Shown one piece after another: positions 10,427-20,588 of a DNA stretch of 64,000 bases. The stretch is from Candidatus Omnitrophota bacterium (GTDB lineage Bacteria; Omnitrophota; Gorgyraeia; Zapsychrales; Zapsychraceae). Numbering within the stretch: the stretch's first letter is position 1; the number at the start of each line of letters is the position of its first letter. The position numbers were made by a program, and so were the translations under genes. The notes under the pieces are model-generated. The model was given only the letters and a program-made list of their open reading frames with translations. It ran no database searches and was not told the origin of the DNA. The stretch is taken from the NCBI GenBank assembly GCA_029261065.1, contig JAJDCB010000011.1, forward strand, positions 175,168-239,167, read 5' to 3'.

Positions 10427-10431
10427 AAGTT

Positions 10432-11244
10432 ATGGCTGCAAAACAACCAAAAGTTATTGTCTTACGTACCGCAGGAACGAATTGTGATCAAGAGACCGCT
10501 TTTGCCTTTAAGTCTTTTGGGGCTAAAGTTGATTGTGTGCATATTAATCAATTGATCAATAAACGTGTTAAGTTAAATGATTATCATATCCTCGCTATTC
10601 CAGGTGGCTTTACGTATGGTGATGACATTGAGTCAGGGCGAGTGCTTGCCAATGAACTTTGTTTATTTTTGGGTTTGGAGTTAAATCAATTTATTGCTGA
10701 TGGCAAAATTGTCATTGGTATATGTAATGGTTTTCAGGTGTTAGTTAAGGCCGGAATTTTGCCGGGTCCTTTAACGGAAGTTGAAGAGTTAGCGCAGGAT
10801 CATTCTCAAAAAATGACATTAACACATAACGATTCAGGAAAATTTGAAGCGCGGTGGACGTATCTTAAAGTCAACAATAAAAGTGTCTGGACTAAGGATA
10901 TGGAAGATGTTGTTTACATACCGGTAGCTCATGCGGAAGGTAAGTTTTTAGTGAAAGACAATAATGCTTTAAATCAATTGGAGAGTAATGGCCAAGTTGC
11001 CTTTCGATACTCAACTCGAACCGGCGCGCGCCCCACATATCCCATGAACCCCAATGGTTCATCAGAAGACATCGCCGGCATTACAGACACCACCGGCCGC
11101 ATCCTAGGCATGATGCCTCATCCCGAACGTCATTTTCTTTTTCATCATCATCCAAGATGGACAAGAAAGAAAAACAGAACTAAGTTTGGAGAAGGCGCCA
11201 AGATTTTTGAGAACGGCGTTACATATGTTAAGAAAAACTTTTAG
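10432..11244 (+). CDS. purQ: FGAM synthase glutaminase subunit
   Basis: GTNCD, PGGFTYGD, GICNGFQ, MMPHPER. Confidence 0.95.
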   Translation: MAAKQPKVIVLRTAGTNCDQETAFAFKSFGAKVDCVHINQLINKRVKLNDYHILAIPGGFTYGDDIESGRVLANELCLFLGLELNQFIADGKIVIGICNGFQVLVKAGILPGPLTEVEELAQDHSQKMTLTHNDSGKFEARWTYLKVNNKSVWTKDMEDVVYIPVAHAEGKFLVKDNNALNQLESNGQVAFRYSTRTGARPTYPMNPNGSSEDIAGITDTTGRILGMMPHPERHFLFHHHPRWTRKKNRTKFGEGAKIFENGVTYVKKNF

Positions 11245-11262
11245 TAGTTATACCTATTAACA

Positions 11263-12270
11263 ATGAAAAAAGAATTTACTTATAAGTCTAGTGGTGTTGA
11301 TATCGATAAAGCGAATGTCTTTGTTGATGCGATTAAAAAGGACGTGGCTAAAACGATTCAGCCAGGGACATTATTACGTAAAGGGGCTTTTGGGGGGTTG
11401 TTTGCTTTAGATGTTAAGAAATATAAAGAGCCTATTCTTGTTTCATCCACAGATGGTGTGGGGACGAAGTTATTGTTGGCGCAAACGTTAAATAAACATG
11501 ATACAGTTGGGATTGATTTGGTTGCGATGAATATTAATGATATTTTGTGTGTGGGCGCGAAACCATTATTTTTTCTTGATTATATTGCGTGTGGCAAGTT
11601 GAAACCTAAAATTTTGAAAGATGTTGTTAAAGGCATTTCGCGGGGTTGTGTGCAATCAGGGTGTAGTTTGATTGGTGGGGAGACCGCTGAGATGCCTGAT
11701 ATGTATAAGGGTGATGAGTATGATTTGGCTGGGTTTACGGTAGGTGTTGTTGAAAAGAAAAAAATGTTAGATGGTTCAAAGATTGTGAAGGGCGACTGCG
11801 TTATTGGTTTTCCATCGAGTGGTATTCATTCCAATGGTTATTCGCTGGTGCGTAAAGTGTTATCAAAGCAAGAGCAGAAAAAGTGGGACAAGGAATTGTT
11901 AGCACCAACAAAAATTTATGCGAAAGAAGTGCTCCCATTAATAGAAAATTTTCAATTAAAGGGGATCGCTCATATAACAGGTGGTGCTTGGTATGAAAAA
12001 CTGACAAAGATCTTGCCAAAAGGCAAATGTTTCCATATAAATAGAGGAAGTTGGCCCATACCAAAAGTCTTTTCTATTTTACAGAAAAAAGGTAGAATAA
12101 GTGACATTGAGATGTATCGAACGTTTAATATGGGTATCGGATTAGCCGTTGTCGTTAGCAAGGTTGATCAAAATAAAATAGAATCGTTTTTAAAGCGTAG
12201 AAAGATTAAATATTACCGCATTGGGGAAGTTGCCTTAAATCAAAAAAAGAAAATTGTGTTTAGTGATTAA
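11263..12270 (+). CDS. purM: AIR synthase
   Basis: TDGVGTK, GGETAEMP, HSNGYSL, HITGG. Confidence 0.97.
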   Translation: MKKEFTYKSSGVDIDKANVFVDAIKKDVAKTIQPGTLLRKGAFGGLFALDVKKYKEPILVSSTDGVGTKLLLAQTLNKHDTVGIDLVAMNINDILCVGAKPLFFLDYIACGKLKPKILKDVVKGISRGCVQSGCSLIGGETAEMPDMYKGDEYDLAGFTVGVVEKKKMLDGSKIVKGDCVIGFPSSGIHSNGYSLVRKVLSKQEQKKWDKELLAPTKIYAKEVLPLIENFQLKGIAHITGGAWYEKLTKILPKGKCFHINRGSWPIPKVFSILQKKGRISDIEMYRTFNMGIGLAVVVSKVDQNKIESFLKRRKIKYYRIGEVALNQKKKIVFSD

Positions 12271-12333
12271 TTTTTTATTGATATTGTATACACCATTTAG
12301 ACCTCGCTACGCGGGGTGAAACAGGAGAGATTC

Positions 12334-13635
12334 ATGAATATCTTAATTATTGGTTCCGGCGGACGTGAACATGTTCTTGCTTGGAAAGTTAAAAAGAGCC
12401 CTCTTATCGAAAAGTTGTATTGTGCGCCAGGAAATGCTGGTATTTCCGAAATTGCTGAGTGTGTTGATATTGAAGCGAATGATATTGAAGGGTTGGTTAA
12501 GTTTGCTAAGAAAAATAAAATTAATCTTACAATTGTTGGTCCTGAGGCACCGTTGGTCGACGGTATTGTTGATCGATTTGAAAAAGAAAAACTTATGGTC
12601 TTTGGTCCTAGTCAAGCGGCTGCACGCTTGGAAGGAAGTAAAGTTTTTGCCAAAGAGTTTATGCAGCGCTGTAATATTCCTACCGCTCAATTTCGAGCCT
12701 TTGAAGATCCAAGTAAGGCGCGCGAATTTATTCAAAAAGCTCATTTTCCTTTAGTTATTAAAGCTGATGGTTTAGCTGCCGGAAAGGGCGTCATTGTTTG
12801 TAAAGATATTAAAGAAGCTGATGCAGCAATTTCTCGTATTATGGAAGAAAAAGTTTTTAAAGAAGCGGGTGAAAAAATCATTATTGAAGAATGCCTTGTT
12901 GGTGAAGAGGTTTCTATCTTGGCGATAAGTGATGGAGAAAATTATGTTATCTTGCAACCTTCTCAAGATCATAAACGCATTTTTGATGATGATCTTGGTC
13001 CTAACACGGGCGGAATGGGAGCGTATTGTCCAACACCTTTGCTTGATGAAGTTAGCCTTAAGAAAATTGAAGCGCGTGTGATTGAACCAGCTATTCGAGG
13101 CATGCGTCGAGAAGGAATGCCGTTTAAAGGTGTCTTGTATGCAGGCTTAATGATGACAGAAGAAGGCCCCATGACATTAGAATTTAATGTTCGTTTTGGC
13201 GATCCGGAATCTCAAGTGGTTTTACCAAGATTGAAAAATGATTTAGTTGAATTGATGTTTGCTAGTTGTGAAGAGCGTCTTAATGACATTCAATTAATTT
13301 GGGATAAAAGAGCTTGTGTGACGGTTGTCATGAGTTCGGGTGGATACCCAGGGGAATATGAATCCGGTAAAGAAATTAAGGGGCTTGATCAATTTAAGAA
13401 AGATGAAAATACGATTATATTTCATGCAGGGACCAAAAGTGAAGGGGATAAAGTTGTTACAGCAGGCGGACGCGTATTGGCTATGACATGTTTTGGAAAA
13501 ACAATGGAAAAAGCCATTGAGGATGTTTATAAAAAAATAGAGAAAATTAAATTTGAACGATGCTTCTTTAGACGAGATATAGGGGCGAAAGCCTTAATTA
13601 TCGGTCATCGTTCGCAAGCGGCAGGACATAGATAA
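12334..13635 (+). CDS. purD: Phosphoribosylamine-glycine ligase
   Basis: GSGGREH, KADGLAAGKGV, QDHKR, EFNVRFGDPE; AGGAGA SD before ATG 12334. Confidence 0.97.
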   Translation: MNILIIGSGGREHVLAWKVKKSPLIEKLYCAPGNAGISEIAECVDIEANDIEGLVKFAKKNKINLTIVGPEAPLVDGIVDRFEKEKLMVFGPSQAAARLEGSKVFAKEFMQRCNIPTAQFRAFEDPSKAREFIQKAHFPLVIKADGLAAGKGVIVCKDIKEADAAISRIMEEKVFKEAGEKIIIEECLVGEEVSILAISDGENYVILQPSQDHKRIFDDDLGPNTGGMGAYCPTPLLDEVSLKKIEARVIEPAIRGMRREGMPFKGVLYAGLMMTEEGPMTLEFNVRFGDPESQVVLPRLKNDLVELMFASCEERLNDIQLIWDKRACVTVVMSSGGYPGEYESGKEIKGLDQFKKDENTIIFHAGTKSEGDKVVTAGGRVLAMTCFGKTMEKAIEDVYKKIEKIKFERCFFRRDIGAKALIIGHRSQAAGHR

Positions 13636-13656
13636 AGACTAGAAAGAAGGGAGATT

Positions 13657-14139
13657 ATGGCTAACATAACAGTAGCAATTATGATGGGAAGTAAATCGGA
13701 CCTTTCCATTATGGAAGAATCATCCAAGGTGTTAAATGAATTTGGGGTTTCCAATGAGTTAAAGGTTTTGTCTGCGCATCGTACACCTAAAGAATGTTGT
13801 GCGTATGCTGAAAGTTTTAGAAAAGATGGTGGTAAGGTTTTTATATGTGGCGCAGGTGTTTCTGCAGCCCTTTCAGGTGTAGTCGCTGCACACACAACGT
13901 TACCCGTTATTGGCGTTCCAATAGATGCCTCTTCTCTAAATGGTATGGACGCTTTATTATCAACAGTACAAATGCCACCTGGAGTTCCTGTTGGTGCTGT
14001 CGCTATTGGTAAGGCGGGTGCGAAGAATGCAGCTTTGTTAGCGATTCGTATATTAAGTTTGTCAGATTCTTCGCTTGAGGAGAAGCTAGACAATTTTCGA
14101 GAAGAGCAAAAAAAGAAAATTCTTAGCATTGAGATATAA
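13657..14139 (+). CDS. purE: N5-CAIR mutase
   Basis: MGSKSD, SAHRTP, QMPPGVPV. Confidence 0.96.
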   Translation: MANITVAIMMGSKSDLSIMEESSKVLNEFGVSNELKVLSAHRTPKECCAYAESFRKDGGKVFICGAGVSAALSGVVAAHTTLPVIGVPIDASSLNGMDALLSTVQMPPGVPVGAVAIGKAGAKNAALLAIRILSLSDSSLEEKLDNFREEQKKKILSIEI

Positions 14140-14162
14140 GGGTTTGTGGATTATTTAATACA

Positions 14163-15230
14163 TTGAAAACAAAAGTCGTCGAAATCCATCCAGAGTTTCC
14201 CGAACTTCAGCAGATAACAAATTGTGCTAAAATCATTCGTGACGGAGGCCTTGTTGTTTTTCCTACCGAAACTGTATACGGTATTGCTGCTGATTTTTCA
14301 AATCCTGTAGCCATGAAGAGATTGAGGGAAGTTAAGAAACGTTCGGAAGATAAACCATTTTCGATTTTGATTTCTCAAAAAGGTTTAATAACAAATTACT
14401 CATCGCTTAAAAATCCTGCTCTTTTTAAACTTATTGATGCGTGTTGGCCTGGACCTTTAACAGTTGTTGTTCCTTCAAGTGAAGATGAAGAAAAAACAGT
14501 TGGTGTGCGTATGCCTGATCATATGATTGCGCTAAGACTTGTACAGGAATCTCACTGTACGATTGTTGCTCCTTCGGCGAATTTTGAAGGAAATCCTCCG
14601 CCAAGGACGTGTGAAGAAGCTTTAAGAGACATGGATGGATTGGTTGATCTCGCTATTGATGGTGGGCGGGCAATGATGGGGCAAGGTTCGTCGGTTGTTG
14701 ATTTAACACAAGAACATCCAAAGATGTTAAGAGAAGGGGTTGTTTCTCTTGATGAAGTTAATAAAATTTCTGGGCGTAAAAATGTTCTTTTTGTTTGTAC
14801 CGGAAATAGTTGTCGCTCTGTCATGGCGGAGTATTTATTAAGACATGCTTTGGGTGATCGTGACGATGTGCTCATTCAATCAGCAGGAACAAGTGTGTTT
14901 ATTCAGTCAGCGGCGAGTGCTGAGACGATTAATGTATTGCGTGAAGAAGGTATTGATGCAACGATGCACACATCACAACCTGTAAGCAGTATCTTATTAA
15001 AAAAAGCAGATTTAATTTTTGTTATGACAAAAGGGCATCGCCAACAAGTCTTGGAGCGTGTTCCAACTGTTGAGAAACGAGTCTATATGTTAAGAGAGTT
15101 TGCGAATATGCCACCTAATTTTGAAGGTGACATTGATATTCCAGATCCAATCGGAAGCTCGCATGCAGCTTATAAAGAATGTAAAAATGTCATCAAAGAT
15201 GCTATACAAAAAATTGTTAGTTTAGTTTAA
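14163..15230 (+). CDS. tsaC: TsaC/Sua5 threonylcarbamoyl-AMP synthase fused to a low-molecular-weight protein phosphatase (YwlE-like)
   Basis: FPTETVYG, KKR..KP, WPGPLT, PSAN, followed by FVCTGNSCRS...DIPDPIG. Confidence 0.88.
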   Translation: MKTKVVEIHPEFPELQQITNCAKIIRDGGLVVFPTETVYGIAADFSNPVAMKRLREVKKRSEDKPFSILISQKGLITNYSSLKNPALFKLIDACWPGPLTVVVPSSEDEEKTVGVRMPDHMIALRLVQESHCTIVAPSANFEGNPPPRTCEEALRDMDGLVDLAIDGGRAMMGQGSSVVDLTQEHPKMLREGVVSLDEVNKISGRKNVLFVCTGNSCRSVMAEYLLRHALGDRDDVLIQSAGTSVFIQSAASAETINVLREEGIDATMHTSQPVSSILLKKADLIFVMTKGHRQQVLERVPTVEKRVYMLREFANMPPNFEGDIDIPDPIGSSHAAYKECKNVIKDAIQKIVSLV

Positions 15231-15258
15231 AAAAGTAATTCAATATTGGAGTTATACT

Positions 15259-15714
15259 TTGCAAATATATATTGGTGCAGACCACAGAGGTTTTCAATTT
15301 AAGAAAAAAATTATTGATATCCTAAAATCTTTAGGGCATGAGGTTGTTGATTGTGGTACACAAGATGATCAAGAAAGTTGTGATTATCCGTTAATCGCTT
15401 ATAAGGTAGGCACACATGTTGCCAAAGAAGCGGATAGCCGAGGGCTTTTAGTTTGTATGTCAGGCATTGGTCAATCGATTGCAGCTAACAAAGTCGATGG
15501 TGTCTATGCAGCCTTATGTTATAATGCGGAGGCTGCACAGCTCTCTCGAGAACATAATAATGCAAACGTACTAGTACTAAGTGCTAAATTTGTTCAATCC
15601 GATGAGTTAGAAAAGATCCTCGATGTTTGGCTTAAGACTTCATTTGAAGGAGGTCGCCATGAACGCCGATTTAATCAAATTAAAGACATAGAGCAGGGAA
15701 AAGCTTTAAATTAA
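15259..15714 (+). CDS. rpiB: Ribose-5-phosphate isomerase B
   Basis: GADHRG, DYP, EHNNAN, FEGGRH. Confidence 0.93.
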   Translation: MQIYIGADHRGFQFKKKIIDILKSLGHEVVDCGTQDDQESCDYPLIAYKVGTHVAKEADSRGLLVCMSGIGQSIAANKVDGVYAALCYNAEAAQLSREHNNANVLVLSAKFVQSDELEKILDVWLKTSFEGGRHERRFNQIKDIEQGKALN

Positions 15715-15751
15715 AATGTCAGATTCATTATTAGCAGAGAAAGGGAGTCAG

Positions 15752-16999
15752 ATGTCCGATTTACAAAAGAATGATCCTGAAATTTACGGTGCGATAGTAG
15801 ATGAACTTAAGCGCCAACAAAATAATTTAGAACTTATAGCTTCAGAAAATATTGTTTCAAAAGCGGTCCTTGAAGCGCAGGGAAGTGTTTTAACTAATAA
15901 ATACGCTGAAGGTTATCCAGCGGCTCGTTGGTATGATGGATGTGAGTATGTGGATGTTGCAGAAACCTTGGCGATTAATCGAGCTAAACAACTTTTTAAA
16001 GCGGAACACGTAAACGTTCAAGCTCATTCTGGATCGCAAGCCAACATGGCTGTCTATATGGCAGCCTTAGAGTATGGTGATACTGTTCTTGCTATGGATC
16101 TTGCTTGTGGAGGTCATTTAACGCATGGTATGAAGCTAAACTTCTCCGGTAAGTCCTATAACTTTGTTGCTTATGGAGTAGATAAAGAAACAGAGCAATT
16201 AGATTATGATGATATTGCTGCAAAGGCGCGTGAACACAAACCGAAAATGATTGTCGCAGGGGCCTCAGCTTATTCTAGAATTATTGATTTTGGAAAGTTT
16301 AGAGAAATTTGTGATGAAGTTGGAGCTTTATTATTTGTCGACATGGCACATATTGCGGGGCTAGTTGCAGCTGGTTTACATCCTAATCCTGTTGAATATG
16401 CCGAATTTGTTACAACAACAACACATAAAACATTGCGTGGCCCACGCGGGGGTATGGTTCTCTGTCATGAGAAGTATGCTAAAAAGATTAACTCAAGAAT
16501 TTTTCCTGGCATCCAAGGTGGTCCATTGATGCATGTGATTGCCGCTAAAGCCGTGGCTTTTAAAGAAGCGTTAAGTGACGAATTTAATGAGTATCAAAAA
16601 CAAGTGGTTAAAAATGCTAAAGCTTTTTCAGATGAGATGGCATCTTGTGGATATCGAATTGTTGCCGGAGGAACAGAAAATCATTTATTCATGGTTGATT
16701 TGCGCTCGAAAAATGTCAGTGGCAAAGATGCAGCAAGTACACTTGATAAGGTGGCGATAACAGTTAATAAAAATCTTATACCTTATGATCCGGAAGTTCC
16801 TGCTGTGGCAAGCGGTATTCGTATAGGAACGCCAGCTGTTACTACACGAGGTATGAAGGAAGAACAAATGAAAGAGATTGCCCAATTGTGTGATCAAGCG
16901 ATTGTTCAAAGGGATGATGATGAAGCGTTAAAGAAAGTTAAGTCAAGTGTTGAAGCACTGACACAGCAATTTCCTATTTATTCTGATATTGCTTATTAA
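15752..16999 (+). CDS. glyA: Serine hydroxymethyltransferase
   Basis: [29 protein letters not shown]; GGGAG SD before ATG 15752 (alternative 15716). Confidence 0.97.
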   Translation: MSDLQKNDPEIYGAIVDELKRQQNNLELIASENIVSKAVLEAQGSVLTNKYAEGYPAARWYDGCEYVDVAETLAINRAKQLFKAEHVNVQAHSGSQANMAVYMAALEYGDTVLAMDLACGGHLTHGMKLNFSGKSYNFVAYGVDKETEQLDYDDIAAKAREHKPKMIVAGASAYSRIIDFGKFREICDEVGALLFVDMAHIAGLVAAGLHPNPVEYAEFVTTTTHKTLRGPRGGMVLCHEKYAKKINSRIFPGIQGGPLMHVIAAKAVAFKEALSDEFNEYQKQVVKNAKAFSDEMASCGYRIVAGGTENHLFMVDLRSKNVSGKDAASTLDKVAITVNKNLIPYDPEVPAVASGIRIGTPAVTTRGMKEEQMKEIAQLCDQAIVQRDDDEALKKVKSSVEALTQQFPIYSDIAY

Positions 17000-17019
17000 T
17001 TAAAGGGCTCCACATTCGT

Positions 17020-17487
17020 ATGAAATGCCCCGCATGTAGCTATAATGAAACAAAGGTTATTGATTCTCGTCTAAATACAGATGGAACATCTGTTAGACGA
17101 AGACGAGAGTGTTTAAAGTGTCAAAAGCGTTTTACAACATACGAATATGTTGAGCAAGTACCTTTAATGATCGTAAAACGCGATGGGCGTCGGCAACCTT
17201 TTGATCGTAAGAAAATAATTTCTGGTCTAATAAAGGCTTGCGAGAAACGTCCAGTTAGTATTGATAAAATGGAAGAAGTGACAAGTGAGGTCGAGCGAAA
17301 TATTCAAAAGAAATTTGATCGGGAAGTTGAATCGAAGGATGTGGGTGAGTTGATTATGGAGAAGTTAGCAGGCATTGATGAAGTTGCTTATGTGCGCTTC
17401 GCTTCCGTTTATCGTCAGTTTCGAGACGTGAATCAGTTTATGAGTGAACTAAAAGGGATGTTAGATAAGGAAAAAAGTAAGACGTAG
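17020..17487 (+). CDS. nrdR: Transcriptional repressor NrdR
   Basis: MKCPAC..VIDSR..RRRREC..RFTTYE plus ATP-cone, VAYVRFASVY. Confidence 0.97.
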   Translation: MKCPACSYNETKVIDSRLNTDGTSVRRRRECLKCQKRFTTYEYVEQVPLMIVKRDGRRQPFDRKKIISGLIKACEKRPVSIDKMEEVTSEVERNIQKKFDREVESKDVGELIMEKLAGIDEVAYVRFASVYRQFRDVNQFMSELKGMLDKEKSKT

Positions 17488-17512
17488 AGGATTCTTAAAG
17501 GACAATAAACTC

Positions 17513-17929
17513 ATGGCAAATTTAATACAAGTTGAACTTAGTAAAATTATTATTGATGAGAAAAGGCAAGATCAGATCATTGTGTTAAAAGAGAAGAAAG
17601 GTGATCGTCAGTTTCCTATTGTGATCGGTTTTTTAGAAGCATCCAGCATTAAGTTAAAACTTTCTGGTGTTAAACCACCACGTCCTATGACACATGATTT
17701 GCTGATGGTAACCATTAAAGAGTTTGGTGCAAAGCTAGATCGTTTAATTATCGATAAGATGGTTGATAATACGTTTCATGCCAAATTGGAACTTAAAACA
17801 AAGCGCGGGCGTTCGATTGTGATTGATGCGCGGCCTTCTGATGGACTTGCGTTGGCGGTAAGAACAGAAGATGCTTTAATATTTGTAGAAGAAGAAGTCT
17901 TAAATCAGGCAGAAATATTTAAAAGTTAA
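17513..17929 (+). CDS. Bifunctional nuclease (DUF151) family protein
   Basis: PIVIG..EA, RPMTHDL, DARPSD. Confidence 0.92.
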   Translation: MANLIQVELSKIIIDEKRQDQIIVLKEKKGDRQFPIVIGFLEASSIKLKLSGVKPPRPMTHDLLMVTIKEFGAKLDRLIIDKMVDNTFHAKLELKTKRGRSIVIDARPSDGLALAVRTEDALIFVEEEVLNQAEIFKS

Positions 17930-18017
17930 TAAATTTGACTTGTTAGGCCGATTTATTTCATATGATTTGTTTATGAAATACTAAAACCAAAGACAAGTCA
18001 TTTTTATTTGTAACGCT

Positions 18018-19445
18018 ATGACATTATTTAAACAATATCCCAATTTAGAAATTATTCAATCTTTAGCCAAGCAATCAAAGGTTAAAGTGCATCTTGTTGG
18101 TGGTTTTTTGCGTGATTTTGTCTTAGAGCGTGAAGGATGTGATTTTGACTTTGCTGTCGAGAAAAGGGCTTTGAAGCTTGCCCAAGTGTTTGCTGACAAA
18201 ATTAAGGGTGCTTATATCGTTTTAGATGAACAGCGTGGTTGTGCTCGCGTTGTCAAAAAGAAGGAAGGTCGTATTTATTCGTATGACTTCTCCGACTATC
18301 GAGCCAAAACGTTTTTGGAAGATCTAAAAGATCGAGATTTTACTGTTAATACCTTGTCTTTAAATTTGTCTGAAGCAAACGCCCAAACAATTTTGTCTGA
18401 GGCGATAGTGGATCATACTCGCGCGATGAAGGATATCAAGGATAAGCGCATCAAAAGAGTTTCTATAAGAGCTTTCCGTGATGATCCTTTACGGATGATG
18501 CGAGCGTTTAGTCTAAAGGCTAATTATGGATTTAAAATTGAGTTAAAGACTTTAAATCAAATTCGTAAGGAAAAAGAGTTAATCAAAAATGTTTCGTATG
18601 AGCGTATTCGTGAGGAGTTGTTTAAGGTTCTTGAGTCTGAGAAAACATTTGATGTTTTAAATACCATGGATCGCTCTGGTTTGCTTGAACATGTGATACC
18701 GCAACTTCATGTGATGTTTAAATGTAAGCAAGGAGGATATCATCACTTGGATGTTTGGCCGCATTCATTGGAAGCTGTTCGTCAATTAGAGAAAGTTTTT
18801 AGACAACAAAAAGATAATCCTGATGTGGATGGCTATTTAAATGAAATCATTGCTGGTGATCATTCTCGGCGGAGTTTGATTAAATTGGCAACACTGTTAC
18901 ATGATATTGGAAAACCTGATACGCGAAAAAAAGAAGGCAATAAGCTTTCCTTTCACGGGCATGAGAATGTTGGCAAACATATTGTTAAAGCGATTGCTTT
19001 GATGTTAAAGATATCAACCAAAGAACGTCATGCCATAGAAGATATGGTTCAGCTTCATTTAAGGCCTGGTTATTTATCTAATTTTAAAAAGCCAAGTGAA
19101 CGAATGATTTTTCGTTATTTCAGAGATGCTAAAGATGAAACGGCGAGTGTTCTATTATTATCATTGGCCGATCAACGCGCAACACGAGGGCCATTAACGA
19201 GTCAAGAAGATCAAAAACATCATGAAAAGATTTGTTTGCAGTTGGTGGATCGATATTTTGAAAAGAAAAAAGAGAAACCTTTTGTTCCGTTGGTGGATGG
19301 AAATTATATAATGAAGAAGTTGAAGCTTAAGCCTTCGCCGCTTGTTGGTAAAATTTTAACTGAGTTGGAAGAGGCTCAAGTTTTGGGGAAGATTACGACG
19401 AAGAAAGAGGCTCTTGAGGTGGCGGAGGGAATCATAAAGAAGTAA
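18018..19445 (+). CDS. tRNA nucleotidyltransferase/poly(A) polymerase family with HD domain
   Basis: VGGFLRD, DFDF, RDFTVN, DDPLR, ERIREE, LLHDIGKP. Confidence 0.9.
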   Translation: MTLFKQYPNLEIIQSLAKQSKVKVHLVGGFLRDFVLEREGCDFDFAVEKRALKLAQVFADKIKGAYIVLDEQRGCARVVKKKEGRIYSYDFSDYRAKTFLEDLKDRDFTVNTLSLNLSEANAQTILSEAIVDHTRAMKDIKDKRIKRVSIRAFRDDPLRMMRAFSLKANYGFKIELKTLNQIRKEKELIKNVSYERIREELFKVLESEKTFDVLNTMDRSGLLEHVIPQLHVMFKCKQGGYHHLDVWPHSLEAVRQLEKVFRQQKDNPDVDGYLNEIIAGDHSRRSLIKLATLLHDIGKPDTRKKEGNKLSFHGHENVGKHIVKAIALMLKISTKERHAIEDMVQLHLRPGYLSNFKKPSERMIFRYFRDAKDETASVLLLSLADQRATRGPLTSQEDQKHHEKICLQLVDRYFEKKKEKPFVPLVDGNYIMKKLKLKPSPLVGKILTELEEAQVLGKITTKKEALEVAEGIIKK

Positions 19446-19448
19446 TCA

Positions 19449-19523
19449 TGTCGTCCCCGCTGAAATGACACGATTACTTGTTATTTCTACACCTATTTGT
19501 CATCCCCGCAAAAGCGGGGAACC
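19449..19523. repeat. REP/dRS3-like cluster
   Basis: TGTCGTCCCCGC...AATGACA; TGTCATCCCCGCAAAAGCGGGGAACC. Confidence 0.85.
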
Positions 19524-19530
19524 GTGCGAT

Positions 19531-20460
19531 ATGAAAATAAAAAACACCAAAATTGAAATTATCCAAGGCGACATCACCGACCTACACGTTGATGCCATCG
19601 TTAATCCCGCGCAACCCTCCCTTGTGATGGACGCTGGTCTTGCAGGTGTCATCAAAGGTAAGGCTGGTAAAATTGTCGCCGATGAGGCCGCAGAGAAGGG
19701 GCCCGTTGATGTGGGAGCATCAGTTTTTACAAACGCAGGACAACTTAATGCTAATTTTGTGATTCATGCGGTTACCGTTGATGAGAGTTCCAAAATAAAT
19801 GAACATCAAGTGCGTGCAGCTGTTCGTTCGGCCCTTGAGTGTGCCCAAGAGTTAAAGGTCGCTCGATTAGCGTTACCTGCTATAGGATGTGGTGCTGGTG
19901 GATTTCCTTTTGTGGGATCAGCTAAGATTATGGTTCAGGAAATATTAAAGTTTTGTCGAAAAGACGATGTCGCGCTGACTGAAATTATATTTTGCTTAAA
20001 TGATCAAGAAACATTTGAGATATTCGATAAGCAGGTGCGCGGTTACATAACTCATATCCAAGAAGAGCTTGGTCCTGGGCCTTATGTCACAGTCGATATT
20101 ATCATCGAATTAGAAGAGGGGCTTGTTATTATCGAAAGATCCAATCCTCCTTATGGATATGCTTTACCTGGTGGTTTTCTCGATCGTGGGGAAAGTCTTG
20201 AACAAGCAGCGTGTCGGGAGGCCAAAGAAGAGACGAATATGGATCTTAAAAATTTGAGACAGTTTCATACCTACTCAGATCCCAATCGTGATCCCCGATT
20301 TCACACCATTTCCACCGTTTTTATTGCTAAGGGCGAGGGAACCCCTCAATTTGGCGATGATGCAAAGGGGCTAAAAGTTGTTCCCTACGCTGAACTTCTC
20401 ATTCAAACCTACGCTTTTGACCACAAATCCGTTATTCAAGATTATTTAAATCAGAGATAA
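19531..20460 (+). CDS. Macro domain-Nudix hydrolase fusion
   Basis: IIQGDIT..VDAIVN..VIHAV..ALPAIGCG (macro); GGFLDRGESLEQAACREAKEET Nudix box; ATG 19531 (the upstream extension is translated REP). Confidence 0.9.
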   Translation: MKIKNTKIEIIQGDITDLHVDAIVNPAQPSLVMDAGLAGVIKGKAGKIVADEAAEKGPVDVGASVFTNAGQLNANFVIHAVTVDESSKINEHQVRAAVRSALECAQELKVARLALPAIGCGAGGFPFVGSAKIMVQEILKFCRKDDVALTEIIFCLNDQETFEIFDKQVRGYITHIQEELGPGPYVTVDIIIELEEGLVIIERSNPPYGYALPGGFLDRGESLEQAACREAKEETNMDLKNLRQFHTYSDPNRDPRFHTISTVFIAKGEGTPQFGDDAKGLKVVPYAELLIQTYAFDHKSVIQDYLNQR

Positions 20461-20519
20461 GAATTTATTTTTTTCGAATGAATTCCCTTCCAAATAAAGG
20501 AGTTGTGTAAAATTTATTA

Positions 20520-20548
20520 TTGACCAAGAAGTCATTTTAGGGTAATCT
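20520..20548 (+). promoter_or_regulatory. Putative sigma70 promoter for the secreted-protein cluster
   Basis: TTGACC-N17-TAATCT. Confidence 0.45.
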
Positions 20549-20588
20549 AATCTCTTCGATCTTAATGCAACACCTAATAAAGGTAGAA

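Noticed and set aside
14778-15230. Arsenate reductase ArsC (CTGNSCRS)
   Set aside because: The downstream redox Cys pair is absent and the context is ywlE-like
19465-19530. N-terminal extension of the macro-Nudix ORF
   Set aside because: Translation of the REP (CHPRKSGEP); the macro domain starts at 19531
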